Positions 49,421 through 62,099 of a stretch of DNA of 64,000 bases are shown piece after piece; positions within the stretch are counted from its first letter, which is position 1; every line of letters starts with the position of its first letter. This stretch comes from Rhynchobatus australiae. Its lineage: Eukaryota. The stretch spans positions 29,460,585-29,524,584 of the forward strand of contig JAUZTB010000048.1 in the NCBI GenBank assembly GCA_034780895.1, read 5' to 3'. A program made the position numbers and the translations under genes. The notes beneath the pieces are model-generated. The model saw nothing but the letters and a program-made list of their open reading frames with translations. It ran no database searches and had not been told where the DNA came from.

Positions 49421-49499
49421 TTAAAGGTCAGTGGATCCCATATAAGTCCCCAATGGGATCCATGTGGGAGTCTGGAACTATACTCCCATATTTATCCCA

Positions 49500-49790
49500 T
49501 AGGGGAGTCTAGATCTAGAGGGCACAGTTTTAAGGTAAGGGGGAGAAATTTAAAGGAGATCTGATGGGTATGTTTTTCCACACAGAGGGTGGTGAATATC
49601 TGAAATGAGCTGCCAGAGGAGGTGGTGGAGGCAGCTATTATTACAATGTTTAAAAGGCACTTGAACAGGTTCTTGGAGAGGAAAGGAATAGAGGAATATG
49701 AACCCTAGATAGGCATTGTGGTAGGCATGGACAAGGTGGGCTGTAAATGCCTGTTTCTGGGCTGTACTTTCTGTGGTTCTATGATTCTCG
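49500..49790 (+). mobile_element. CR1/HER1 LINE 3' end
   Basis: ESRSRGHSFKVRGRNLK..HTEGG; tail ggtgggctgtaaatgcctgtttctgggctgtac...ctatgattct. Confidence 0.85.
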
Positions 49791-50529
49791 GATTTTCCAT
49801 TCATATGGGTTTGCTGTGTGAGCATAAAATCTTCCCCGTTGCCTCGCTCCACAACACCAATAATATTCCAGTGAATTTCATTAAATTATCATCCTTCATA
49901 AGCTATATTCAGAGCCTTAATTAGCACAAATTAATTGCAACAGATGTACCACAGATTTAAATACTTGAAGCACACTGAATGCTATTACAACAGACATGGT
50001 ANNNNNNNNNNNNNNNNNNNNNNNNNNNNNNNNNNNNNNNNNNNNNNNNNNNNNNNNNNNNNNNNNNNNNNNNNNNNNNNNNNNNNNNNNNNNNNNNNNN
50101 NCAGACATGGTACATATGTGTGGAACGGAGAGGCAAATCCAGAAGATCCATTACATTCTCTGAAATTTGGTTGCTCACTCATTTTTGGTTCACCTCACGC
50201 TCATTCCTAGATTCACTATCAAAGTTACATGGGATGCTTGTCCAAAGGTGAGAGATTCTGTACAAGGCATATATATTTCCATCAATTAAGATACAAGGGC
50301 TTTAATTCAGGATTGAAGATGCTGAATGCAAAAGCTAACTGGCCCCTGACTTTTTATTAAGGTGATCGCAAGGTCCACACAGCCAGAAATAACAACACCA
50401 GATATAGTAATTGAATTTGTTGCACGGAGTAATTATTTTCTTCAGGCCACATTCTGCACTTTTGTAGAAAAGTCCCCCTCCCTCTCCTTCCCTATCTCTC
50501 CATCCCACTCTCTCCCTCCCTCTCTCTCC

Positions 50530-50680
50530 AAAGACATACGGGTTAGGAAGTTGTGGGCATGCTATGTTGGCACCGGAAGCATGGTGACACTTGCAGGTTT
50601 CCTCCAGAACACTCTACGCAAAAGATGCATTTCACTGTGTGTTTTGATGTACATGTGACAAAGAAAGATATCTTCTCTTA
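50530..50680 (+). mobile_element. 3' half of the 23026-family SINE
   Basis: caaagacatacgggttaggaagttgtgggcatgctatgttggcaccggaagc...gatatcttctctta. Confidence 0.8.
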
Positions 50681-50736
50681 TAATTTCTATGTGCTCTTTA
50701 TTGTGGCTCTGATTGTACAAGCCTGCCTGAGTATAC

Positions 50737-50940
50737 CACTGGTTGCGTTATTCTTTCTTTGCATGTTCAACTCTCCTGCTGTTGCCCTTCCATTGTTCCT
50801 TCCAGCGGATGCTGACTGACTCTTAGTTCCTGATAAATTCACCTCCACTCTTGGCTCAGATAGACGTGAGCCCCTGGATGGTGGGCCCTGGATAACTGAA
50901 GAATCCATGTATGTTGTATATTAGTGGGTTGTTGGACCTC
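50737..50940 (-). pseudogene. Candidate 204-nt exon with one TAA: GPTTH*YTTYMDSSVIQGPPSRGSRLSEPRVEV...RKNNATS
   Basis: S/G/R-rich disordered-type text, cag acceptor and G|gtatac donor, symmetric phase 1; TAA at 50921-50923. Confidence 0.3.
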
Positions 50941-51129
50941 CTGTGCTTTTTAATTTTGCCTCAAACCCAACAGAAAACTCAGGCCAAATGAGTGGGGGGG
51001 GGCATGTGCAACAGGAACCCCTAACCTCTGGTATGCCTTGAGACATGAACCATCTACCACAGGCTCAAATCACTGGAGAGATACCACCAATATTCCCTCT
51101 GGAAAATCCTCCAAATTCCACAGACATGA

Positions 51130-51650
51130 TAAGTGAACCAATGTCAGTGTAGTCTCTCAGCAATGAGGCCCTAATTACACTCAGTCCTTTCCACTGGAGA
51201 GGTGACAACATTTGCATGCACTGCACAGAATCCTGAAAGTGACATTTTACTCAGAGTTCTCTCACCTATGACCAAGCTCAGTTGATGGCACAAAATGACC
51301 AGATGGGCAGAGGAAACGACTTCCAGATGTCCAATGTTCCTCTGACAAGTGATGTAATATCCCCACTGACTGGAGGAAATCCCTAGACCATGACTGCTTA
51401 AAATGGCAAAGCAACATTCGAGATGACATTGAAAAACATGAATCCTTCTGCTGGGAATACACAAAAGCCCACAACAAAAGGCCGAATGAGCTTGCCACCT
51501 CCCAAACTACTAGCCATCTGCCTGTCAATCACCTCCTGCCCCAACTGCGGTAGGGTCTGTGGGTCCTACATTGGGCTCATCAGACACCACTGAACTGGAG
51601 TGGAGACTATCATTCTTGACCCCAAGGGACTGCCAAAGAAGATGATGACC
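51130..51650 (+). mobile_element. RTE-clade LINE 3' end
   Basis: GQRKR..CNIPTD..SCPNCGRVCGSYIGLIRH zinc-finger end; gagtggagactatcattcttgaccccaagggactgcc then (GAT/GAA)n tail. Confidence 0.8.
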
Positions 51651-51667
51651 TCTATTGTGCTACTTAC

Positions 51668-51691
51668 CGTAGATTTGTTCGTTCAATGGGC
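51668..51691 (-). CDS. Candidate small exon (or 3' end of a larger exon) of the CAP-Gly gene
   Basis: Consensus donor ACG|gtaagt. Reads PIERTNLR in phase 2, which joins 44758 in frame, or ..GPLNEQIY in phase 1, which joins 50940. Acceptor uncertain. Confidence 0.3.
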
Positions 51692-53644
51692 CTGTGGCAC
51701 TGTTACTTTTATTTGTTTCAAGTCATGAGATTATGAACTTTGTATGCACATGCTTTGGCATTAAGAAATGACATATTGCCTGCATTGTGATCCAGTCATC
51801 TATTGCCACAATTTTCACTGACCTAATTTGCCCCTCAGCCCTGCATTATCTTCAAAATCTCTGTCTACAATTTTTCTGTGATCTTATTTTTGTTCTGTAT
51901 CACATGATCTTGTGACTGAAGTTTCCTTTATGATCCCCTCCCCCAATGAAACAATTTTTAATCACCTCAATGTTCTACTTTCCAAAAACCCTGGAACTCG
52001 CTGCTAGTATCTATTAAACCTTGCCTTTGATTATGCCTAACACTGATGTAAAACCTTCATATCCATTCCTTTTCTTACTGAATTACTTGGGATATTTTTC
52101 AATGTGAATTGCATGATATAAATCTAGGATGTTTGCCTGTTCAGATGAAAATGAATGATTTTAATATTCAAGGAGCTTGGGAACTCTCCAGGCATCTCAG
52201 CCAACATTTTATTACTCAACTGCAAGAGCTTAAATGGCACTTAACTCACTGCTATTTGCTCTACACAAGACAGCTTTATTAGCCCAAATAACCTCAATTA
52301 CCAAACTCCAAATTTATTGGCAGCAAATTCATTCAATTTTGTCAAATATATCATGAAGTTCTAAATTATGGGAAATGAAAACATTTAATCATGATTTTTC
52401 ATGTTATGTTTATGATCACATAAGCAGTTTTAAATTCCTACACAGGATGTGGACTTTGCTGACAAATCCAGAATTTCACACCCATCTTTAATCAGCTGAC
52501 ACAAAGTTGTGACAAGCCACCATCTCACCAGCTGAGTGCCTTGCTACATCAATCTTAACAGTTTCACCATTTCTGAGTTAAGAGTCAACACATTGCCAAA
52601 CCAAGCAAGGACACATCCCCTTCCCTAAGAAAAATGACATTAATGAGCCAGATGAATTTTAATCATAATTCAATAGCTTTGTGGTCACCATTACTTATCC
52701 CAGCTGTTTATTCCAGAATCACTTAATTAACTGAATTGAAACTGTCCAGCTTCCATGGTGACTATGAACACATATTCCCTTTTTTTTTAAATCGAGGCTG
52801 AAGTCTAATACCCTAACTACCACACAAAAATGCTCTTATCTTAAATATAGAAGACAGAGCTAAGTAATTTAGGTAAGATTGAATGAAACAATCCAAAAGG
52901 AACTTCAGCTTCTAAATTTAACATGCATTCTTGAGAAACAGCTCACAGGCAGAGTTTCCCTACTCTACAAGCCTTATACTCTCAAAGGTAATGACTGCTG
53001 TTTTGTATTGTTTTTATGAGCAATAAGCAAATTGATAGAAGGATGTTAATTGAGCTTTCTTCATAAAAGCTTATCCTGAATAAGTTTTCTTAAGTTAAAG
53101 GATACACTATAGTTGAGCAAGTCCTAAACCTCAGCTTAAATCCAGNNNNNNNNNNNNNNNNNNNNNNNNNNNNNNNNNNNNNNNNNNNNNNNNNNNNNNN
53201 NNNNNNNNNNNNNNNNNNNNNNNNNNNNNNNNNNNNNNNNNNNNNNNNNNNNNNNNNNNNNNNNNNNNNNNNNNNNNNNNNNNNNNNNNNNNNNNNNNNN
53301 NNNNNNNNNNNNNNNNNNNNNNNNNNNNNNNNNNNNNNNNNNNNNNNNNNNNNNNNNNNNNNNNNNNNNNNNNNNNNNNNNNNNNNNNNNNNNNGTGTCC
53401 AGAGCCATCTCAGGCCTCAGCTCGGGATTTTGTTTTGCTTAATTGTTTCACCTTTCTTTTATAGTTCAATATTTAAGAAGCTGCTTAAATGACCAATGGT
53501 CCACATATCTCATGTAGTTTGCTGATAAGCTTTATTTGATGTAACTGTGATGGCTGGGGATACATTACACAATTAAAGGTATCAATACTCACGATTAAAT
53601 GATCAGTCAATTTGATCACTTTTGGGCAGGGACATGATCATGTC

Positions 53645-54530
53645 ATTGGTAATTGGTTTATTATTATCACGTACTGAAATACAGTGAAAAACTTTGTTTT
53701 GCATGCCATCCATACAGATCATTTCAAAACATAAGTGCATCGAGTTAATACAAAGAGAAAAGCAATAGCAGAATACAGAATATACTGTAACAGTTACGAA
53801 AAGTACAGTGCAGGTAGACAATAAGGTGCAAGGCCATGATGAGGTTGATTGTGAGGTCAAGATTTCAACTTCATCGTTCAAGAGTCTTATAACAGCAGGA
53901 TAGAAGCTCTCCTTGAGCCTGGTGGGGTGTGTTTCCAAGCTTTTGTATCTTCTGCACAATGGAAGGGGGGGAATAAGAGAGACTGTCTGGGGTGGGAGGG
54001 GTCTTTGGTTATATTGGCTGCTTTCCTGAGGCAGCAGTAAGTGTGGATAGAGTCCATGGAGGTGAGGCTGTGCTGAGCTATGTCCACAACTCTCTGCTAT
54101 TTCTTGTGGTCACAGGCAGAACAGTTGCCATACCAAGCTGCAATGCATCCAGAAAGGATGCTTTCTATGGTCCATCTATAAAAATTGGAGAGGGTCAATG
54201 GGGACATGCTAAATTTCTTTAGGTGTGCTTTCTTGGCTGTAGCATCTAAGCATTTTGACCAGTTCAAGCTCTTGATGATGTTTAGACCTTGGAACATGAA
54301 ACTCTCAACCATCTCTGCCTAAGCACTGTTGATACATACAGGGGCATATGCTTCCCCCGCTCCCTGAAGTCAATGACCAGGTCTTTTGTTTTGCTGGCAT
54401 TGAGGGAAAGGTTGTTGTCATGACCCCATGCCATTTGTATCTCTCTCTCTCTCTCTTTTCTGTACTCCATCTTGTCATTATTTGAGATCCGGCCCACTAC
54501 AGTGGTGTTGTCTGAGAACTTATTAATGTT
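53645..54530 (-). mobile_element. Rex1/Babar LINE 3' fragment
   Basis: NNLSLNASKTKDLVIDFR, KKFSMSPLTLSNFYRWTIESILSGCIAAWYGNCSA, KDPSHP; aataaaccaattacc tail. Confidence 0.9.
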
Positions 54531-55119
54531 ACAGAGGTGGAGGGACCCCTGTCAAAATGGATAACTATTATGTCTTTTTTTTACGTTGCTTATTAGGGTG
54601 GGTATTGGTATTGGTTTATTATTGTCACTTGTACCGAGGTAGCCCTTTAACGAGCTCGATAAATGTTTGCCTTGGTTGTGTTTCAACTCTTGATACCCAA
54701 GTCTGTGACCACATATGCTAAAACTATGGTAGTGATGTCTCTGCGCCGAGGATCGGTGCCTGGGGCTCCGCACGCAGATGCTGTGTCTCTTGCACGCTGA
54801 CTGTGCTTTAAACTGTAGTAACTTGGGCACCATGTGGAAACGCTGTTCCAGTATGCAAGCTTTGCAATTACAAATACACATGGTGTTGCTGGAGAAGACG
54901 GTGGGCGCACCGGTACCCCTAAGGCTTGTCATGCATAGTGCATTATAGCATCATCGATATTACTTTAAATTTACATTTTAGTTTTCTGACTAGTTTCTTA
55001 CTAATTAAAAGGGAGCATGGAGTTTTTTTTGCTTTGGAGAGTGCAATGTGTGAGAATTTGAAGGGGATGATGATCGATGGGGATGATGTGTCTGGGGGTG
55101 CACTGGGGTTTGCACTGCC

Positions 55120-55900
55120 CTGGCACGGCCGCGGCGACCGGCGCTCGCTGCCCCGCCGCACACCCACACAGGAGCGCGCCGGGCGGCGGCTCGCCCGGGC
55201 CGTGCCCGGGGGCGCGTTCCCCGGGCCGGCGTCACTTCCTGCGTGTGTGAGCGGGCGCCATGGCGGGCTGGCGGCCGGGCCATTTCATTGTTGTGTGTGT
55301 GAGGGAGAGGCGTGAGGCGGAGGCAGCGGCAGCCCGGGCGGGCGACACACGAGGCCGGCAGGTGAGCTGGACGGCAGTGCGAGGGGGGTGGGTTGAACGG
55401 CGACCGGGCGGGGTAAGGGTCGGGCAGGGCGGGGCAGCGGTGCCGCCCGTCCGTGAGCGGGGTGAAGGGGAGATTCGGGAGCGACGCCCGGGCTCCGGGG
55501 GCGGCTCCTTTTTATTTCGACCTCCCTTTTTATTTTAACCTCCTTTTCTTTCACTTAAAAGCACCCGGTGCCCGCACACACGTGTCTGTGTGTGCGCGTA
55601 AGATGGTCACTTCACATCGGCGTTCACAATTAGCGGCGCCCCATCTCCGGCCGCCCTCATCCCCGGGCTTTTGGGGCGGGGGGAACCAGGCTGCTTCAAG
55701 CGGTACCGGTGGTGCTGCCTTTCAGTCCCGCCCCGGGGACCGGGGGGTGGCGGGAGCGGGTGGTGGGACGTCAAGTCGAGACTCTCCCCTCCTTCCACCG
55801 GCCCGCTGTCAGCCCCCCGCTCCTCCGCCCAGCTCTGGAGTTTGCCATTTAAATTGGGGGGCAAACTTCAAGGCGACTAAACGAGCTTGTTGAAACTCCC
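55120..55900. promoter_or_regulatory. CpG island promoter with ETS/CRE composite, YY1-like sites, GC boxes and E-box
   Basis: Abrupt GC- and CpG-rich block in CpG-depleted DNA; cgtcacttcctg (GGAAGTGACG on minus) at 55230-55241; gccatggcgg; gccatttc; cacgtg at ~55579; ggggcggg. Confidence 0.9.
55240..55361 (+). other. Probable first exon of a + strand gene (5' boundary approximate)
   Basis: Lies in the CpG island just downstream of the ETS/CRE motif; strong donor CAG|gtgagc at 55362; strong-context ATG gccATGG at 55260. Confidence 0.65.
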
Positions 55901-56744
55901 GAGGTAAACCTGGTCACCCTTTGCAGTTGGCACTTCTTTCATCGCCAGTTCAACGTGGTCAGAAAAAAAATCTCTTCACCGACCACTATCTCAGATGGGC
56001 GGAATAAATCATCCCAAGTTTTTCAGTGTCCTTTTAGGTTTTTGTTCAAATCTGATTTTTTTTTTATTTTAAAATGTACGCTTTATTCTTTTGATGTAAT
56101 GTAGTACAGTCTAATTTACCACAGTCGGAATTGAACACGTAACTAAGTCTATTGCCAACTTTTTGTGCTTTTGCAGTTTTTTTTAACTTTTCGATTGTGA
56201 TCATGAACGGGTGGTACTAATTTGGGTGGTTGTGGGAAATTTAGGACTGCACGCAAACCCTTGACCATTTATTATACTTCCCTTTGAACAATGAAGTACA
56301 GTGTTCAGTAGTCTGAAGTCATGATTCAAATATTTTTGTTGTAATGATAATGAAGTTGTAGGAGTTTCTGGAATTGTATTGTTGGGTGTGTTTCTGTGGT
56401 ACAGTAGCTAACACTAGAGATTTCCACATCAACACATCACACTGATCTCATCAAGTGCGAATGTTGTATCTGTGTTCACTAATTCTGATTTTGGTTAAGC
56501 TATTTTGTTATTGATGCTTTCTACTGTATGTGCATTAGCAGCTGCTTAGTGTTATATTCAACAGCAGAAAGCAGCTTTTAAAGAATTTCCTGCATGTTGA
56601 GGGAGGCAGGAAGAGGATGTTCATCGGTGGTGGATGTGGTGAGGTACTGCACTGAGTAGAAAGTAACTGATATAGCAAAACACAAGATGTTAGAAATCTA
56701 AAGTAAGACAAAAATGTTACATAGCATTTGTGGAGAGGATAACT

Positions 56745-57600
56745 GTGTCAGCAAATGTCAGGAAAACAAAAGAGCTGGTCATTGACTTCAGGAAGTAGGG
56801 TGGAGCATATGCCCCTGTTTGCATCTATGCTGCTGAGGTGGAGATGGTTGAGAGCTTCAAGCTACTTGGTTTAAGCATCACCAAATAGCTTGTCTTGGTC
56901 CAACCACATGGACACCATGAAAGCGCACCTGTGCCTCTACTTCCTCAGATGGCTAAGGAAGTTTCGCATGTCCCCTTTGACCATCAGCGATTATTATAGA
57001 TGCACCATCAAAAGCACCCTATCTGAATGCATCATGGCTTGGTATTGCAACTGCTCTGCCCAAGACTGCAAGAAACTGCAGAGGGTTGTGGACTCAGCAC
57101 AGCACGTCCCAAAAACCAGCCTCCCCTGCGTGGAATCTGTCTACACTTCTCACTGCCTTGGAAAAGCAGCTAACATAATCAAAGACCCCTCCCACCCTGT
57201 TTTTTCCTATTTGTAATGAAAGGCCATCCACTCAGAATGTCAAGTCTGTTAATTGATAATTAACACCTCCCTGCCCCCCAAAAATTAGGTAGAAGATTTG
57301 AAAGCACACACCACCAGGCTGAAGAACAGCTTCTATCACGTTGTTATAAGACTATTGAATGGATCTCTTGTACAATAAGATGGACTCTTGACATCGCACT
57401 CTACCTCATCATGGCCTTGCACCTTATTGTTAATAGCACTGTCTTTGTAACTGTAACACTATGTTCTGCATTCTGTTGTTGCTTTTCCCATGTACTACCT
57501 TGATGTACTGATGTTGTGAAATGATCTGTATGGGTGGCGTGGGAAAACAAAAGTTGTTCACTGTAACTTGGTTCATGTGTCAATAATAAACCAATTACCG
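56745..57600 (+). mobile_element. Rex1/Babar LINE 3' fragment
   Basis: KTKELVIDFR; KAHLCLYFLRWLRKFRMSPLTISDYYRCTIKSTLSECIMAWYCNCSAQD; aataataaaccaattacc tail. Confidence 0.9.
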
Positions 57601-57879
57601 ATGAACAGAGTTGACTTCTCAGGTGGATGACCTTCCATCACAACTAGAAAAATTTGATACAGAAAACAAGGGAAGGAGATGAGAGTCAAAAGGGAAGGTC
57701 TGTGATGGAGGGCAGCAGCGGGAATGTGCAAGAATATAAATTTGAGCATTTGCTGTCTTTGTTAACTTGTTAATTATTATAATGTTAGTTAACATTTAAT
57801 AATTGTTGAGGGTAGGTGTGTCCCAGCTGCTTTGATGTGAAACTCTTGTTTATTTCCCCTCCATCCTCCATGTCTCTTA

Positions 57880-58635
57880 CTTGGTATTGGTTTATTATTG
57901 TCACTTGTACCGAGGTACAGTGAAAAACTTGTCTTGCATACAGTTAATACAGATGAATTCATTACACAGTGCATTGAGGTAGTACAGGGTAAAAACAATA
58001 ACAGAATACAGAGTAAAGTGTCACAGTTACAGNNNNNNNNNNNNNNNNNNNNNNNNNNNNNNNNNNNNNNNNNNNNNNNNNNNNNNNNNNNNNNNNNNNN
58101 NNNNNNNNNNNNNNNNNNNNNNNNNNNNNNNNNNNNNNNNNNNNNNNNNNNNNNNNNNNNNNNNNNNNNNNNNNNNNNNNNNNNNNNNNNNNNNNNNNNN
58201 NNNNNNNNNNNNNNNNNNNNNNNNNNNNNNNNNNNNNNNNNNNNNNNNNNNNNNNNNNNNNNNNNNNNNNNNNNNNNNNNNNNNNNNNNNNNNNNNNNNN
58301 NNNNNNNNNNNNNNNNNNNNNNNNNNNNNNNNNNNNNNNNNNNNNNNNNNNNNNNNNNNNNNNNNNNNNNNNNNNNNNNNNNNNNNNNNNNNNNNNNNNN
58401 NNNNNNNNNNNNNNNNNNNNNNNNNNNNNNNNNNNNNNNNNNNNNNNNNNNNNNNNNNNNNNNNNNNNNNNNNNNNNNNNNNNNNNNNNNNNNNNNNNNN
58501 NNNNNNNNNNNNNNNNNNNNNNNNNNNNNNNNNNACAGGCCACTGGTGATATTCACTCCAAGGAACTTGAAGCTCTCAACTCTGTTGACTTCAGCACCAT
58601 TGATGCAGACAGGTGCATGTACACTGTTCACTTTT
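57880..58635 (-). mobile_element. Rex1/Babar LINE 3' fragment (middle is N)
   Basis: HAPVCINGAEVNRVESFKFLGVNIT; tail ttggtattggtttattattgtcacttgtaccgagg. Confidence 0.85.
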
Positions 58636-61049
58636 CACCCATGTGAATCTAGAGGAAACATAACCGGAAATGGCATGATCATCTGAAATTGTTGAACTCC
58701 TCATCCTTCAAACAAGGAGGTTGTATGTACGTCACATTTTGATGAGTTTCAAAGTCTGCTGCCAATTTCTGAAAAATTGGACTGGGCTTCATTGGAAAAG
58801 TGTACAAGAAGTAATCATGCAGGTGACTGGAAGTTGAATCATGCTTGCAGACAGAATGGAGGTCTTGTGCAAAGTGACCACATGCGTTGCGTTTCATCTT
58901 TCCAGCATGAGGAAGATGGCAATATGAGCAGCGAATGCAGTCTCCTGAAAGAAAGATAAGTAAATCCAGTGCTCATCTGAATGTTTGAACACCTGGATGG
59001 TGGTAAAATGACAGGGATTTCACCATCTTGGCTTGCATGGGAAGGTACCCCTTGAGGGCTGAATGGCTTATTGATTATGATTTAGTGTAGAGAAAGCACC
59101 CTTTTAGATTGCTGAAAGGGGCTGATTTATTGTGGAATTACGCTGGATTTATCAGAACTTGACCAGCAAAGGAAAAGAGTGAATGGAATGCAGGAATTCA
59201 GGTCAGAGGTATTGCAGTTAAAATGTGGGAGTTGTTGGCTTTCTTGTGAATATTGGTCGACGTTCTGTCCTTGCAATGGAAAAAGTCGAATGGACTAGAT
59301 GCAGAGTTGGTCACTTATTTTCCATTTTTGAGCTTGACCGGAGGATGGACCAGTGCACTGTAACTGGAAAGAAGGTGAGGAAGAGACATAAATTGGATTG
59401 TATTATATCCTCTGAAAAGTCAGAAGAAGCTAGGGTGTTGGTTTNNNNNNNNNNNNNNNNNNNNNNNNNNNNNNNNNNACTCGAAGTTGTAGCACGTAAT
59501 AACAAGTTCATTGAGACGGGGAGTGGGGGGTTGGTGGTGATGGTGATTTAAGAAATAAGAATATGGCTCTTAAATTGCCTTTGTCATCAGGTCTACCAGT
59601 TGGGGCAACCTTTTTTCCCCTTTCCCTTCAGTATTCTGGAAGGACTTTTTTAAACACCCTGGTCCACTCTTCAGTCATCCCTGGCACCTTCCTTTCATGC
59701 CATGGCACTTTTCTTGTCAAGCACAGGAACTACAGTGTTTAATAGTCAAATCTTCCCTTCCTACTTTTCAGGTGAACTAACAATTTACCTGAACATTCAG
59801 TTTTCTGTTTGTATTTGCTGCTCATAACACAAACATAATTGCATTTAAATAAAGATTTATCAGGTCTCAGAATGTCACAAAAATGTGGTTTTTGGCCAGT
59901 TGAAATACTTGTACTATTATGCTATCTTCAGATGCTGCCTAATTTCAGTGTTTGCAGCATTTTCTCTTTTTGTTGTAGCAAAGAACATTGGTTCATTTAA
60001 TTGGAAACAAATAATTGGCCCTAGTTTCAACATGATGGTGAATCTTGCAGATTCTGCTGTGACATCCTTTCATTTGCTGAATCTATAAATTAAAATTGCA
60101 GAAAAATTTCCATTTGATAAACTACCAAATCTTATTCATTATTTGTTGGGAAGCTATGTTAAAGCAACACAATGGTGCCAGTGCATACATGTTCATGTTT
60201 GACAAAGTCAACAATATAATTTGACAAAATAGAGCAGGCTTTGACAAAATTGGGAAAATGCTAATTGACTTGTGTTGTGAATATTGTTTTGTTCAAATGT
60301 GACTTAAAAAATTTTGAAATGTTTAGCAGAAACGTCTCAACAGTGCATTAATGAGGAAGTTTGGACAAATATTATCTGTGCTCTATAAATATGTGTCTGT
60401 CTTGGATCACTTTGTGGATGTCATGGAAAATGTTCACGTGGTGAAGTTTCCATCTCTGCTCCATTGTTTGTCACACTATTCAGTGAACCTCAACTTCCTT
60501 GAATAGCAGTCTAACCAGTCATGATGAACTCTACCTCTTCCACCTGGGCAACGTGTTTCCATCTTGAACTTCTTCATTTTTAAAAACTCTCTAAATTAAA
60601 TATGTTCCTGCAGGTACTAGTGTGATTTCAATTGTACCTGTCTTTTTACTGGGTATGTTAAAATTTTTGTTCTAATTTAAGTTGAGAACTCTTGGTTTAG
60701 TGTCCACATGCTTTTCTTGTCCTTTTTCTAAGTTTGAGAGATTTTGTTCTGAGCTAATCAACTGTACCCTGAAATAATTTGTTATTGTTCATCTTCCAAG
60801 TAGGAATTATCTTTAATTCTCATTTCTCACTTGCCTTCTGCTTCTCAAAATGTCAGATTTTTCCTCACCACCTCTCTTCTCCAGCACTTTCTCTTGCTGG
60901 TTGTCCAATATATGTACTATGAGGAGAAATTTCATAAATCAAATTTTTGGGAAGGCAGGTTGATTTTCTTGTTTCCTAGCCACCTATTTCAACTCTCCCT
61001 GACAAGTAGCAAAGACTAAACTACATTTTGTTTTCACTTTGAACTTTTG

Positions 61050-61590
61050 ACCATAAATACTCCATCTCCAAGGCCAAGTATTTCTGCCTCTGTATCATCT
61101 CCACCATGGCTCAGTTGCCTCTGCAATCCTTCTCCGTGTTCTTTTTATGTCTTTCTATGTCTTTCATTTTCCACCCTGCATAACTTACTCAGCTACTGCC
61201 CAAATTGTAACTTGCACCCAAACCTGAATATCCAAGGGCAAAATACTCACATAGCAACATTAGGTCCACGCCTGGCAATTCCTCAGTTTAAAAGTTTTAA
61301 TCCTTTTTTACTATACCTGATTGGCCTCATCTCTCCCTCTCTCAATAATCTCCCTGTCCCCTCCATGAGGTGCAAATCTGCTCCTTGTGAATGCCTGATT
61401 TTAATTATGCCACTTCTTCATACCTATGCCCAACTGGTAAGGCCCATTGTTTTGACTTGTCTTTTAATGCCACTGTCTTTGCCTTTCTCATTTTACAATA
61501 GTATTTGGCTTATTTTTGGCCATATATTTTATTATCCTGTGAAGCACGTTGAGAAATTTTGCTACACTAAATGCAAATTCTTTTTTCAAG
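61050..61590 (+). mobile_element. Old L2-like LINE 3' end
   Basis: ttaaaagttttaatcctt...ggcctcatctctccctctctc...tgtgaagcacgttgagaaa..ctacactaaatgc; similar to 35100-35440. Confidence 0.45.
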
Positions 61591-62099
61591 CACTTTAATA
61601 TAATCTTTTTGTCTCTTTCATGTATCAAGTGCTTCCAATTTCCATGTCTTTCAACTAACTATAATATTCTGACACTGGACTTCTCGAAGTTTATTTGGGA
61701 AATCCACAGTAATTGATTGTGTGGAAGTTTAGACTTCCACGTGACAGACAAGTGTCATGAGTTCCACATGGATTATTTAAGCCACCAATATTTTGCTTTC
61801 TGAAGTACTTAATGTACTTCTGAAGTTTTCAATTTAATGTGTATATCGTACTGAATTGGTGAGAACCTGTGGTGCAGAAATAGACCATTTCGTCACTTGA
61901 ACTTTTTCGTAATAGTACTATTGCTGTGAGAGTATTTTTTATTTGAGAACTCTTGAAAGCTAATGGTCATTCAAACAAATTTTGTAACTGCGATAATGTG
62001 TTATTTTGCACCTAGATCTTAGGTGTAGACCTGTAACCATGTGACTTTGTTACTTAAGGTCCATGCCCCACAGATGAGATGGAGCATGAACTCAAATTT

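Noticed and set aside
54926-55893. Overlapping ORFs on both strands in the GC-rich block
   Set aside because: Expected from the scarcity of stop codons in a CpG island.
47374-58686. Long ORFs of 130-280 aa in the ORF track (47374-48012, 57789-58631, 57898-58686 and similar)
   Set aside because: Their length comes from N runs translated as X.
61047-61598. 183-aa ORF on +
   Set aside because: Overlaps a pyrimidine-rich L2-like 3' end, has a non-ATG start and no domain signature.
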